In this document: piece by piece, positions 7,175 through 16,428 of the stretch
Layout of the letters: every line of letters begins with the position of its first letter
How positions within the stretch are numbered: position 1 is the stretch's first letter
DNA from: a virus
Taxonomy: Duplodnaviria; Caudoviricetes
Virus record (IMG/VR): IMGVR_UViG_3300030397_000191
Span: 1 to 32,378 of that record
Length of the DNA stretch: 32,378 nucleotides
Reading direction: 5' to 3' (one strand)
Made by a program: the position numbers and the translations under genes
The notes under the pieces: generated by a model
Seen by the model: only the letters and a program-made list of their open reading frames with translations
Databases searched by the model: none
What the model was told of the DNA's origin: nothing

Positions 7175-7597
7175 ATGACCACCGCTACCAACACCACCGA
7201 CCGTGAACTGATTGACGCCGCTGTTGCCGAAGGCAAAGTGACCAAGGTGAAAGCAGGCAAAGCACGGGGCGTCACGAAACGCACTGCGCCCATGACCACC
7301 ACACGCAAGACGAAGGCACAGCGCAAAGCAGACGGTGAAACAACCACCCGCCGCACACGCAGCACACGCGCCAAGGATAAGGCGGCACCTGCCAAGGCAG
7401 CAGCACCGAAGGCACGTCCTGCCGGTACGATCACAACCGTTGACATTGCCGCTGAGCAGGGCATCAGTGCCAAGACGCTGCGCGCTCGTATCCGCCGCAA
7501 CCTCGACGACTGGGCACCGCTGTTCCATGATGGTGTGAAGCACGTCTTCAAGGACAACAAGACGAACCGTGCCAAGATCGAAGCCCTGATGGCATAA
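7175..7597 (+). CDS. Basic Lys/Arg/Ala/Thr-rich protein with C-terminal HTH-like domain
   Basis: AGGAG RBS before ATG 7175; ITTVDIAAEQGISAKTLRARIRR. Confidence 0.85.
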   Translation: MTTATNTTDRELIDAAVAEGKVTKVKAGKARGVTKRTAPMTTTRKTKAQRKADGETTTRRTRSTRAKDKAAPAKAAAPKARPAGTITTVDIAAEQGISAKTLRARIRRNLDDWAPLFHDGVKHVFKDNKTNRAKIEALMA

Positions 7598-7644
7598 CAA
7601 CGGGACCGTGCCCTACGGGGCACACCCATTTTCTTCCGCTCTCT

Positions 7645-7672
7645 GCCCTACCCGGGCGGGGGGCTTTTTTTA
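7645..7672 (+). terminator. Intrinsic terminator
   Basis: GC-rich imperfect stem followed by T7. Confidence 0.7.
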
Positions 7673-7755
7673 TTCGGAGGGCCCTGTGAGGGCGGACGAG
7701 CACCGATCTCTAGCCCCACCAGTTTCACTTTCTAGCTTCTCCGTAAACAGGGCTA

Positions 7756-7784
7756 TTGACAAACAAACCCACTTAAAGTATACT
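7756..7784 (+). promoter_or_regulatory. Near-consensus sigma70 promoter
   Basis: TTGACA-17 nt-TATACT. Confidence 0.85.
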
Positions 7785-7803
7785 AAAGCTAAAGGAGAAA
7801 ACT

Positions 7804-7992
7804 ATGGCTACTAGAAGATCAGTTATGAAGGCTTTTGGTAAGTACCTAGACCATGTTGAGTGGTTTAGCCGGATTAAGAGGGGGGAAGCAGAGTACCCTC
7901 CCGGCTATGACGCCTCTTACTTTGCCCGATATGCTCAACAACTACAGAGCGACTATGAAAGAAAAATGGATGAGTACCTAGGAGTAGAATAA
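7804..7992 (+). CDS. Hypothetical protein (62 aa)
   Basis: AAAGGAG RBS; strong promoter upstream. Confidence 0.8.
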   Translation: MATRRSVMKAFGKYLDHVEWFSRIKRGEAEYPPGYDASYFARYAQQLQSDYERKMDEYLGVE

Positions 7993-8046
7993 TCTCTAGC
8001 CCCAAGGTTTTGGCTCCCTAGCTTCTCTGTAATCAGAGTATCACTC

Positions 8047-8075
8047 CTGACAACTCTCTAGCCCTCTGATAAACT
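8047..8075 (+). promoter_or_regulatory. Sigma70-type promoter
   Basis: CTGACA-17 nt-TAAACT; the spacer contains the TCTCTAGCCC motif. Confidence 0.5.
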
Positions 8076-8096
8076 CAATCCTGAAGGAGAAATATC

Positions 8097-8411
8097 ATGG
8101 CTAGACCTTGGGGTACACTATCTGAACTAGTCCGGCGGGATCGTATCCGAGTAGCCGTAGCTGCTTGGGCCTATGAAACCGGCCACCGTCCGATCATGAC
8201 TGACCGGCAGTACGACCAGCTTTCCCAGCGCGTTCACGAAACCCGGAACGTCGCAACCGGTAACCACAGGCTTGATCGGTTCTTCAGTCGTAACTTCCAG
8301 GCGGACACTGGACTGTGGGTTCATTCCCACCCAGACAAAGCAGGCCTGGAAAACATATACGCGCGTTATTACCAGAAACCCAAAAGACGCCGCAAGCGCA
8401 AACGCCGTTGA
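8097..8411 (+). CDS. Stand-alone NAD-dependent DNA ligase domain Ia-like protein with basic tail
   Basis: AAWAYETGHRPIMTDRQYDQL resembles the LigA Ia motif (YY..D.P.ISDAEYD.L); AAGGAG RBS. Confidence 0.65.
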   Translation: MARPWGTLSELVRRDRIRVAVAAWAYETGHRPIMTDRQYDQLSQRVHETRNVATGNHRLDRFFSRNFQADTGLWVHSHPDKAGLENIYARYYQKPKRRRKRKRR

Positions 8412-8465
8412 CAACCGCACACAAACTCCTTAAGCTCATCGCCAACCATCGAACGAGGATGAGCT

Positions 8466-9050
8466 ATGCCACGCAAAGGACGCAAGAAACCCCTGGTCAA
8501 TGATAAGTTGGCCCCAAAGCGAACTACCATCAAGGTCAACGGCAAGACCCTGAAGATCAAACAGAAGCAGGCCTACGACAAGGGCCGCTTTGATGCCGAA
8601 ATGCGCGAAGGCTACCTGGCACTGATCCGGGAGGGCTTCACGAACAAGGATGCTGCGGCTGCCTGCGGCTGTGGCACCAAGTACTTCCAGCGACGGCGCA
8701 AGGAAGACCCCGACTTCGAACAGGCTTACCAAGATGCGAGAGCTGACGGCGATGACGTGATCCGGGCGGAAATCAAACGGCGCGGCGTTGACGGCGTGAA
8801 ACGAGCGATCTACCACGATGGCAAAGTCGTCGGGCACAAGCAGGAGTACTCCGACAATCTGCTGATGTTCTTAGCCAAGAGCCGTATGCCCACTGAGTTC
8901 GGTGACAAGCAGCAGGTTGAGCACACCCACAAGTTCGAAGGCGCAGCGGAACAACTCGCTGACAAAATCGCAGGCATCCTCGGTGTGGCAGCCCCTGCAC
9001 TCCCACCCAGCAACCCCGACATGATCGACATTACCCCGGAGGAAACATGA
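8466..9050 (+). CDS. terS: Terminase small subunit
   Basis: Immediately upstream of TerL; HTH region, DPDFEQAY and YSDNLLMFLAK motifs. Confidence 0.85.
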   Translation: MPRKGRKKPLVNDKLAPKRTTIKVNGKTLKIKQKQAYDKGRFDAEMREGYLALIREGFTNKDAAAACGCGTKYFQRRRKEDPDFEQAYQDARADGDDVIRAEIKRRGVDGVKRAIYHDGKVVGHKQEYSDNLLMFLAKSRMPTEFGDKQQVEHTHKFEGAAEQLADKIAGILGVAAPALPPSNPDMIDITPEET

Positions 9051-10396
9051 GCCTTGCGAACTTCAGCCTACATGAACTGCGACAGCAAGTCGACCCCGAG
9101 GACCTGGTCAAGCTGTTTGCTTCCCTCACTGATGAAGAAGCTACGATGCTGCAGTACCAGTGGTCGTTTTGGGCCCGTCCTCAGCAGATACCTCCCACAC
9201 TCACGAAGACCGAGCACGATTGGCTCACCTGGCTCATCCTCGCTGGACGCGGCTTCGGCAAAACACGATCAGGAGCTGAGTGGGTCCGCGATCTGGTCGA
9301 GAACCATAACTACCGGCGGATTGCACTTGTCGCTGAGGACGCAGGTGACGCCCGTGACGTTATGGTGGAGGGAGAAAGCGGCATCATTGCCGTGTGTCCA
9401 CCGTGGAACCGACCGAACTATGAACCCTCAAAACGGAGGCTTACGTGGCCCAATGGCGCAAGAGCAACAATCTTTTCTGCAGATGATCCTGAAAGCCTTC
9501 GTGGTCCGCAGCATGACGCGGCTTGGCTTGACGAGCTATGCAAGTGGCGGTATCAGCAAGAGGCCTGGGACCAGCTGCAGTTTGGTCTCCGTCTTGGAAA
9601 GCGGCCGGTGCAGTGCATCACTACCACACCCAAACCCACCAAGCTGCTCAAGGAGATCGTCGCTCGCCAAAGCACACTCATCACCAAGGGCCACACCTAC
9701 GATAACCTTGACAATCTCGCATCCTCCTTCCGAGAAGCTATTGTCGCCAGATACGAGAACACTCGTCTCGGCCGTCAGGAACTCAGTGCTGAAATCCTCG
9801 ATGACAACCCGAACGCGCTCTTCCACCAGCCGCTGATCGACCAGCACCGCATCCCCAAGAAGGACCTGCCCGAAGACCTGCAGATGACTGTTGTGGCTGT
9901 GGACCCTCCCGCTACTGGCAACGCCACCAGTGATGAATGCGGCATCATCGTCTGCAGCCGTGATATCCCGAACACGAACCACGCCCACTTCTACGTCGAG
10001 CACGACGGCACGGTCCAGGGACGCAGTCCGGAACAGTGGGCACAGACGGCAATCAGCAACTACTACAAGTTCGAGGCGAACGCGATTGTAGCCGAGGTGA
10101 ACCAAGGCGGCGATATGGTCGAGTCCGTGATCCGCGGTGTTGATCCCACGGTGAAGGTCATCAAGGTCCGTGCATCGAAGGGCAAGTGGCTGCGCGCTGA
10201 ACCCATCGCCGGTCTCTACGAACAAGGCCGAGTGCATCACGTCGGCAGCTTCAGTGACCTAGAAGATCAGATGTGCGACTTTGACCCGTCCGGAACCGTA
10301 GAAGGTAAATCACCCGACAGGCTCGATGCACTGGTGTGGGGCTTGGCCGAATTAAGCAACCGCAAACAGTCCGAACCGGGTATTCGGCGCTTGTAA
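9047..10396 (+). CDS. terL: Terminase large subunit
   Basis: AGRGFGKT Walker A, WLDE Walker B, ITTTP, VAVDPP and SPDRLDALVW nuclease motifs. Confidence 0.97.
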   Translation: MSLANFSLHELRQQVDPEDLVKLFASLTDEEATMLQYQWSFWARPQQIPPTLTKTEHDWLTWLILAGRGFGKTRSGAEWVRDLVENHNYRRIALVAEDAGDARDVMVEGESGIIAVCPPWNRPNYEPSKRRLTWPNGARATIFSADDPESLRGPQHDAAWLDELCKWRYQQEAWDQLQFGLRLGKRPVQCITTTPKPTKLLKEIVARQSTLITKGHTYDNLDNLASSFREAIVARYENTRLGRQELSAEILDDNPNALFHQPLIDQHRIPKKDLPEDLQMTVVAVDPPATGNATSDECGIIVCSRDIPNTNHAHFYVEHDGTVQGRSPEQWAQTAISNYYKFEANAIVAEVNQGGDMVESVIRGVDPTVKVIKVRASKGKWLRAEPIAGLYEQGRVHHVGSFSDLEDQMCDFDPSGTVEGKSPDRLDALVWGLAELSNRKQSEPGIRRL

Positions 10397-10434
10397 CGTG
10401 CGTTATACGTGCGTAACGTAAGCCATAATCGCGG

Positions 10435-10464
10435 TTGACGTTCCCCCTCCTTTGGCACTATGAT
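10435..10464 (+). promoter_or_regulatory. Sigma70-type promoter upstream of portal
   Basis: TTGACG-18 nt-TATGAT. Confidence 0.6.
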
Positions 10465-10486
10465 GGTTGTCGAAGGAGATCTCCGT

Positions 10487-11782
10487 ATGGCAAAGATGAC
10501 ACAAGAGACGAAGGCGTCGAAGACAGGCAGGGGCATTCACCTGCAGACGCTTGGTCGTCCGACATGGACCCCTCGCGAGTATGACAAGCTCGCCAAAGAG
10601 TCCTACGAAATGAATGCAGTCTCTTACCGATGCGTCCGGCTTATTGCTGAAGCCGCCGCCTCGATGCCCTTCCTCGTCATGGAAGGCGACAAAGAGATGG
10701 AAACCCACCCCTTCCTCGACCTGATGAAGCGGCCCAACCCCTTCGAGTCCCGACACGAGCTGCTGACCCGGCTCTACTCCTTCCTTCTTCTGTCGGGGAA
10801 CAGCTACATGGAACCCGTCATGCTCGACGGCAACCCACGTGAGCTGTTCATCCTTCGCCCCGACCGTATGAAGGTTGCCGTTGGAGCTCGTGGCTATCCT
10901 GAGAAGTATATCTATACCGTCGGCCAGACCGAGATCATCTACAGTGTGGGCAATGAGAGTGGTCAGCTGCCCATCCTGCACGTCAAGGAGTTTCACCCAA
11001 CGAATGACCACTATGGCCTCAGCCCTGTGGAAGCTGCAGCCTATTCGATTGACGTCCACAACCAGTCAAACGCTTTCAGCAAGTCGCTCCTCGAGAACGG
11101 TGCGAGACCCTCGGGTGCCCTGGTTTACAGCGGTGGTGAGTCAGGGACGGAGACGCTGTCCGACGAGCAGTTCACTCGGCTGAAAGCAGAGCTGGAGGAA
11201 AAGTACATGGGGCCAAAGAATGCTGGCCGGCCCCTGCTGCTTGAAGGCGGGCTAGACTGGAAGGAGATGTCGCTCGCACCGAAGGACATGGAGCAGACCG
11301 ACGCGAAACAGCAGTCGGCACGGGACATTGCTCTTGCCTTCGGTGTTCCCCCGCAGCTCCTCGGTATCCCTGGTGATAACACCTACACCAACTACTCCCA
11401 GGCCGTCCGTGCGTTGTATCGCCAGACGGTCATTCCTTTGGTCAATCACGTATGCGAGGACCTGACCACGTTCTTCGGCCCCTCCTATGGCGATGACTTC
11501 CTGGTCAAGACCGACCTCGACACACTCGAAGCTCTGGCCGATGAGCGCAAGGAACTGTGGGATCGTGTGGAGAAGTCGACCGTGCTGACGCTTGACGAGA
11601 AGCGCGAGGCCATCGGCTATGACAAGGCGAAGGACCGCAAGGTCGGTGAGGCGATCTGGGCACCCATGAACGAAATGCCCCGCAACGCTGACGAACCGAA
11701 GGAAGACCTCAACGACGGCAAGGAGCCAAATAGCGAAGACCCCTTCGATGATGGCAAGGAGCCTGAGGAGGATGACTCCTAA
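10487..11782 (+). CDS. Portal protein, HK97 family
   Basis: HPFLDLMKRPNP, YGLSP, NGARPSG, NAGRPLLLEGGLDW, IALAFGVPP motifs; AAGGAG RBS. Confidence 0.96.
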   Translation: MAKMTQETKASKTGRGIHLQTLGRPTWTPREYDKLAKESYEMNAVSYRCVRLIAEAAASMPFLVMEGDKEMETHPFLDLMKRPNPFESRHELLTRLYSFLLLSGNSYMEPVMLDGNPRELFILRPDRMKVAVGARGYPEKYIYTVGQTEIIYSVGNESGQLPILHVKEFHPTNDHYGLSPVEAAAYSIDVHNQSNAFSKSLLENGARPSGALVYSGGESGTETLSDEQFTRLKAELEEKYMGPKNAGRPLLLEGGLDWKEMSLAPKDMEQTDAKQQSARDIALAFGVPPQLLGIPGDNTYTNYSQAVRALYRQTVIPLVNHVCEDLTTFFGPSYGDDFLVKTDLDTLEALADERKELWDRVEKSTVLTLDEKREAIGYDKAKDRKVGEAIWAPMNEMPRNADEPKEDLNDGKEPNSEDPFDDGKEPEEDDS

Positions 11783-12483
11783 TGCGCGAAGCGGGTATTA
11801 TATCGAGCCAGTTGCTCATTCGTTATGAAAAGCGTATGACGACTAGCGTTTCAGCGTCATTGAACGCTCTGGCTCGCGATATCGACGCTCGCTGGGCCTT
11901 TGATCCTATCCCGATCATCGCTGAAGAGCTGCTCAAATGGCAGTCGACGCTTGCAGACCTGATCTTCCGCTTCAGTGAGACGGTCGGTCGAGAAGGCGCA
12001 ACCCACATCATCCGCGCCCGTGACCAGAAGAACGAGGCAGTCGATCTGGTCATGATGGGTATCCGGCATAGACTCCGGAACTACTCCCGTGCAAGGGCTG
12101 AACTCATTGAGCGGTACCTGCGTGACCGTGTCGCTCGTGAACTGCGCGAAGGCGTATCAATCGCCGACGCCCGACTGACTATCCGAAACATCTTGAAGAA
12201 CCCAGCGTATGCAGAACGCATCGCACGGACAGAGAGCCACATCGCTCTTGAGCGTGGCGCGTTCGAGGCTGCGCGGTCACTCGGGGTTCGTATCACCAAA
12301 GAATGGATATCCCGAGAGGATGCTCATGTCCGACCCGAACACGCAGCTGCTCATGGTCAGGTTCGCGAGATAGAGGCACCGTTTGACGTAGGGGGCGAGC
12401 ACCTTCTATACCCCGGTGACCCTTCAGGTACCGCGAAGAACACTGTCAACTGCCGTTGCACCGTCAACTACAGATTGGAGTAA
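11782..12483 (+). CDS. Head morphogenesis protein (Mu gpF / SPP1 gp7-like)
   Basis: AERIARTE, KEW...D..VRPEH, YPGDP...NCRC. Confidence 0.9.
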   Translation: MREAGIISSQLLIRYEKRMTTSVSASLNALARDIDARWAFDPIPIIAEELLKWQSTLADLIFRFSETVGREGATHIIRARDQKNEAVDLVMMGIRHRLRNYSRARAELIERYLRDRVARELREGVSIADARLTIRNILKNPAYAERIARTESHIALERGAFEAARSLGVRITKEWISREDAHVRPEHAAAHGQVREIEAPFDVGGEHLLYPGDPSGTAKNTVNCRCTVNYRLE

Positions 12484-12486
12484 TGG

Positions 12487-12741
12487 ATGACTAACGACAC
12501 AAGTGACCCCCACCGCGTTGCCGCTCGAGTCACTGAGCTTGAGCAATGGAGGCACAAGGTAGATACCGAACGTGCTGTCCATGATGAGCGGGACCGGTAC
12601 GCCAAAGAACGCTTCGATAATGTCGAGAAACGCCTTGACAAGATCGACTCCCATATCAGTAGAGTGGTATGGCTCGTATTAACCGCAATCATAGGGGCCC
12701 TGATGGCCTTCCTAATCTCTGGGGGTTTCAGCCTTGGGTAA
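12487..12741 (+). CDS. Small coiled-coil plus transmembrane protein (resembles GTA g3.5)
   Basis: EKRLDKID followed by a C-terminal hydrophobic helix; located between portal and protease. Confidence 0.6.
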   Translation: MTNDTSDPHRVAARVTELEQWRHKVDTERAVHDERDRYAKERFDNVEKRLDKIDSHISRVVWLVLTAIIGALMAFLISGGFSLG

Positions 12742-13141
12742 ATTCAACCTTACATCACTCGTTCTGTCCAACATCAGCGTAACCCTGATCACCGCTATGG
12801 TGGCTTTGCCATTCCTACCTGTCATCGAAGCGAAGCTGTTCCCCGTTGTCAGCAAGATGTCCTTCGAGCAGGTAGTCGAAGGTGATGGCTTTCTGGACGT
12901 CTATGTCCACTTCGAGAAGTATCGCGCCTGCGAGTTTATGGGGCTCACATTCATCCAGAGTAATGCTCGGGTGGCCGTTGAGTTTCCACCAGCTGATGAC
13001 GCACTCCCAACGTCCCGTCCAGTTGGTGAATGGGTTGACGGGCCATGGCGCATACATACGCCTTCCTTAGACGGCGTGAGTGTCGTTGTTGAACATCGTT
13101 GCCATGGTATGTGGAACATTTTTACCAACCTATACCCCTAG
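12734..13141 (+). CDS. Hypothetical protein with N-terminal membrane anchor
   Basis: Hydrophobic N-terminus; overlaps the previous stop. Confidence 0.6.
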   Translation: MGKFNLTSLVLSNISVTLITAMVALPFLPVIEAKLFPVVSKMSFEQVVEGDGFLDVYVHFEKYRACEFMGLTFIQSNARVAVEFPPADDALPTSRPVGEWVDGPWRIHTPSLDGVSVVVEHRCHGMWNIFTNLYP

Positions 13142-13166
13142 GCCTACGGAGGAAGAGACGGCCCTA

Positions 13167-13195
13167 TTGCAAATATGGCGGTGCCAATTTATGAT
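13167..13195 (+). promoter_or_regulatory. Sigma70-type promoter upstream of protease and capsid genes
   Basis: TTGCAA-17 nt-TATGAT. Confidence 0.65.
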
Positions 13196-13219
13196 CCGCC
13201 CATGAAAGGAAACTGAACC

Positions 13220-13882
13220 ATGACCACGAACACTGAGCAAAAATTCGCACCCCTTGATCTGAAAGAGGTGTCGGAGGAAGGCGAGTTCGAGGGCTACGCT
13301 TCGAAGTTCGGTGACCGCGATCAAGGCGGTGACACGGTCGTGAAGGGTGCCTTTCTGAACTCGCTGGGACGACGGCAGGCCAACGGCATCAAGATGCTCT
13401 GGCAGCACGATCCGTCCTATCCCATCGGCGTCTGGGACGAGGTGAAGGAGGACAAGACGGGACTCTTCGTCAAGGGTCGCATCCTCACCACAGTCCAGAA
13501 GGGACGCGAAACACTTGAACTGATGAGGGCAGGCGTCATTGACGGCATGTCCATTGGTTATCGCACAATCAAGGCCCTGCGCGACGATGCCACTGGCACT
13601 CGTATGTTGAAGGAACTCGATCTGTGGGAAATCTCCCTTGTCACCTTCCCCATGCTGACCTCGGCCACGGTCACGTCAGTCAAGGGCGACTGGGACAAGC
13701 GGACGGTAGAGCGTGTACTGCGTGACGCAGGCATGCCGAACGCGATGGCTGTAAAGCTTATCGCAGGTGGCTGGGATGCCGCCAACACTTCCGGAGCACA
13801 GGGCGATCCTGGCGACGGGCTTAGCGATCTGTCGGAACAACTCCGGCGGATGAATGAAACCCTGCAAAGGAGACTCACATGA
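13220..13882 (+). CDS. Prohead protease, HK97 family
   Basis: FEGYAS, MLWQHD, GMSIGY, LWEISLVTFP. Confidence 0.96.
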   Translation: MTTNTEQKFAPLDLKEVSEEGEFEGYASKFGDRDQGGDTVVKGAFLNSLGRRQANGIKMLWQHDPSYPIGVWDEVKEDKTGLFVKGRILTTVQKGRETLELMRAGVIDGMSIGYRTIKALRDDATGTRMLKELDLWEISLVTFPMLTSATVTSVKGDWDKRTVERVLRDAGMPNAMAVKLIAGGWDAANTSGAQGDPGDGLSDLSEQLRRMNETLQRRLT

Positions 13883-15198
13883 AAGACTTCATGTACCCCG
13901 AGGGCCCGCTCGAAACCAAGGACGCGGGCAATGGCGGTGATGGTGGCAATGCGCCGGATACCGTCGAAATCAAACGGCAGCTGGATGCCTTCGACACCAC
14001 GCTGACGGCCTTCATGAAGAAGACCGACGAGAACCTGGAACTGGCTAAGAAGGGCAAGGACGTCGATCCCCTCGACACCGAGTCCGGCAAAAAGATGGCT
14101 GCTGACCTTGATGGCCTGAAGAAGTCCATCGAGAACCTTCGCCTGAAGGAAGCCCGCCCGATCCTGACCGCGCCTGATGGGACCAAGACCCAGATGACCG
14201 AGGAACAGATCGAGCACAAGAAGCAGTTCGAGCGCTTCTTCCGCAAAGGCGTCGAGTCCGAGGAACTCCAGGCCATCGAGCAGAAGACGTTGTCCGTGGG
14301 TTCCGATCCCGACGGCGGCTATACGGTTCCTGTCCAGATGGAAACGGCCATCGACCGTGTTGTCACGGAAATCTCCAACGTGCGCCAGATCGCTCGTGTG
14401 GTTCAGGTCTCGACTGCGTCTTACAAGCGCATGACGGGTCAGGGCGGTGCGACCTCCGGCTGGGTTGGTGAACAGGAGTCGCGTCCTCAGACCAACACCC
14501 CGCAACTCGCGGTGCAGGAATACCCTGTCATGGAGCTCTACGCGATGCCGGCGGCCACGCAGTCCATCTTGGATGATGCGGCCATCAACATCGACAACTG
14601 GCTCGCCGACGAGGTTGCCATCGAGTTCGCCTACCAGGAAGGTGCTGCCTTCGTGAACGGCAACGGCTCTGCGAAACCGAAGGGCTTCATGCAGGGTGAC
14701 AAGGTGGCGAATGACTCTTGGGCCTGGGGCAAGCATGGCTACATCGCAACGGGCCAGTCGGGTGATTGGGCGGACAACTCGTCCGATCCGGGTGCAGAGG
14801 CGACCAATATCATCGACCTGGTCTATGCCTTGAAGCCGACCTTCCGTTCCAACGCTCGCTTCACCATGAACCGCAAGACGGTGTCTTCGGTCATGAAGCT
14901 GCGTGACGCGGATGGCCGTCCTCTGTGGCACACGAACCTGCGCGAAGGTCAGCCCGACACGCTGATGGGCTATCCGATCACCGAACTGGAAGACATGCCG
15001 GATATCGCAGCTGACAGCTACTCGATCTCCTTCGGCGACTTCCGCCGCGGTTACATCATCGTGGACCGCATCGGTACCCGGGTTCTGCGCGATCCGTTCT
15101 CGTCCAAGCCTTACATCCTGTTCTACACCACCAAGCGTGTGGGCGGCGGCATGGGCCACTGGGACGCGATCAAGCACCTGAAGTTCGGCGCTTCCTGA
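13879..15198 (+). CDS. Major capsid protein, HK97 fold
   Basis: DGGYTVP, AFVNGNG..KPKG, FGDF, RDPFSSKPYILFYTTKRVGG. Confidence 0.97.
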   Translation: MKDFMYPEGPLETKDAGNGGDGGNAPDTVEIKRQLDAFDTTLTAFMKKTDENLELAKKGKDVDPLDTESGKKMAADLDGLKKSIENLRLKEARPILTAPDGTKTQMTEEQIEHKKQFERFFRKGVESEELQAIEQKTLSVGSDPDGGYTVPVQMETAIDRVVTEISNVRQIARVVQVSTASYKRMTGQGGATSGWVGEQESRPQTNTPQLAVQEYPVMELYAMPAATQSILDDAAINIDNWLADEVAIEFAYQEGAAFVNGNGSAKPKGFMQGDKVANDSWAWGKHGYIATGQSGDWADNSSDPGAEATNIIDLVYALKPTFRSNARFTMNRKTVSSVMKLRDADGRPLWHTNLREGQPDTLMGYPITELEDMPDIAADSYSISFGDFRRGYIIVDRIGTRVLRDPFSSKPYILFYTTKRVGGGMGHWDAIKHLKFGAS

Positions 15199-15207
15199 TC
15201 CACCACC

Positions 15208-15233
15208 GGGTGAGGCGAATGAGCGCCTTACCC
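15208..15233 (+). other. Hairpin after the capsid gene (possible attenuator or mRNA stabiliser)
   Basis: GGGTGAGGCG-AATGAG-CGCCTTACCC, 10-bp stem, no U-tract. Confidence 0.5.
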
Positions 15234-15264
15234 ATCCACTAACCGTTCAAACAAGGAGATACCC

Positions 15265-15690
15265 ATGAAACGGGACCTTATGAACTCGATCCACCCGGTG
15301 GTTGCAATCGCTCCCGTGGTGGTGACTGATGGCACGGCACAGGTTTCCGCTGCCATTGACGTGCGGGACTACCGCTCCGTCACCTTCGTTATCCTGCTCG
15401 GCACTCTTGCCGACTCCGATGCCACCTGGGCCGTCACGGTCAAGGAAGGTTCGGACTCGACGCAGGGCAACCACACTGCTGTCGCTGACGCCGACCTGGT
15501 CGGTACCGAGGCGCTGGCAGGCTTCACCTTCGAGGACGACGGGGAGACCCGCAAGATCGGCTATGTCGGATCAGCGGACTACGTGTCCATCGAGATTGAT
15601 GACGTGACCGCCAACTCGGGCAACGCGCCTATGGCAGTCCTGGCCATTCTCGAACCGCTGGAAGGTCCGGCCTCGAACCCGCCTGCGTAA
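15265..15690 (+). CDS. Putative capsid-associated or decoration protein
   Basis: Strong RBS; directly after the MCP gene; beta-strand-like acidic sequence. Confidence 0.6.
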   Translation: MKRDLMNSIHPVVAIAPVVVTDGTAQVSAAIDVRDYRSVTFVILLGTLADSDATWAVTVKEGSDSTQGNHTAVADADLVGTEALAGFTFEDDGETRKIGYVGSADYVSIEIDDVTANSGNAPMAVLAILEPLEGPASNPPA

Positions 15691-15768
15691 TCCTCGTTCG
15701 CTGGTGGTGCGGGGGTCATCATTATCCTCCTCCCTGGATGATGGCCCCCAACCTCAAAGGAGATTGTC

Positions 15769-16428
15769 ATGTACTCGAATAAAAGAACAACCGACCCGGC
15801 ATCTGAACCCGTCACGAAAGCGGAGCTTGACGCTCACCTTCGTGGCGATGGCGTTTTGGAAGCCAATGAGGCGGACCTGCTTGACTCTCTCATCCTTGCG
15901 GCGCGTGAATACGTGGAGGAGTTCACACGTCGCGCCCTTATCACACAATCATGGACCCTTGTGATGGACGCCTGGCCTCAAGCCAAAGGCGACAACCTGG
16001 GTTGGTGGGACGGTGTCCGTGAAGGCTCGATCTCCTCGGGCACTCAGGGCTTTGTTGAGCTGCCTATCGGTCAGCTCCAGTCCGTTACGTCCGTGACCAC
16101 CTACGACAATGACAACTCGTCCACGGTGTTCGCCTCGTCGAACTACTTCCTGGACACCAACGCCACTCCTGGCCAATTGATCCTCAACACAGGCACTGTG
16201 TGGCCTGTCTTCACTCGTACTCGCAACGGGATCGAGATTGAGTATGTGGCCGGGTATGGTGACAACGCAACCGACGTTCCGGGCGCATTGCGTCAGGCGG
16301 TGAAACAACTTGCTGCTCACTGGTACGAGAACCGTGAGCTTGTCAAGACGCAATCGGATCAGAACCAGGCGATGGCCCCTGTCCATGTCCAGTCGATCCT
16401 GAACCGGTGGAAGGTGCAGCGGCTATGA
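15769..16428 (+). CDS. Head-tail adaptor (gp6 / GTA g6-like)
   Basis: EPVT..E..AHLR, AAREYVE, YVAGYG, AAHWYENRE. Confidence 0.92.
   Translation: MYSNKRTTDPASEPVTKAELDAHLRGDGVLEANEADLLDSLILAAREYVEEFTRRALITQSWTLVMDAWPQAKGDNLGWWDGVREGSISSGTQGFVELPIGQLQSVTSVTTYDNDNSSTVFASSNYFLDTNATPGQLILNTGTVWPVFTRTRNGIEIEYVAGYGDNATDVPGALRQAVKQLAAHWYENRELVKTQSDQNQAMAPVHVQSILNRWKVQRL

Larger units (their letters stand above)
7706..8064 (+). repeat. Direct repeats ATCTCTAGCCCCA-N13-CTAGCTTCTC at 7706 and 7992; partial copy TCTCTAGCCC at 8055
   Basis: Direct sequence comparison. Confidence 0.8.

Noticed and set aside
7773-7787. CtrA box (TTAA-N7-TTAA)
   Set aside because: Single imperfect match (TTAA-N7-TAAA) in AT-rich promoter DNA; likely chance.
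7706-8064. Repeats considered as a CRISPR mini-array
   Set aside because: Only two full imperfect copies, separated by a promoter and gene, with irregular spacing and no cas genes.
13558-15177. 539-aa minus-strand ORF and similar long antisense ORFs (e.g. 3591-4574, 9536-10240, 1093-1758)
   Set aside because: Antisense shadows of well-supported genes, expected with GC-rich codon bias; no recognisable motifs.
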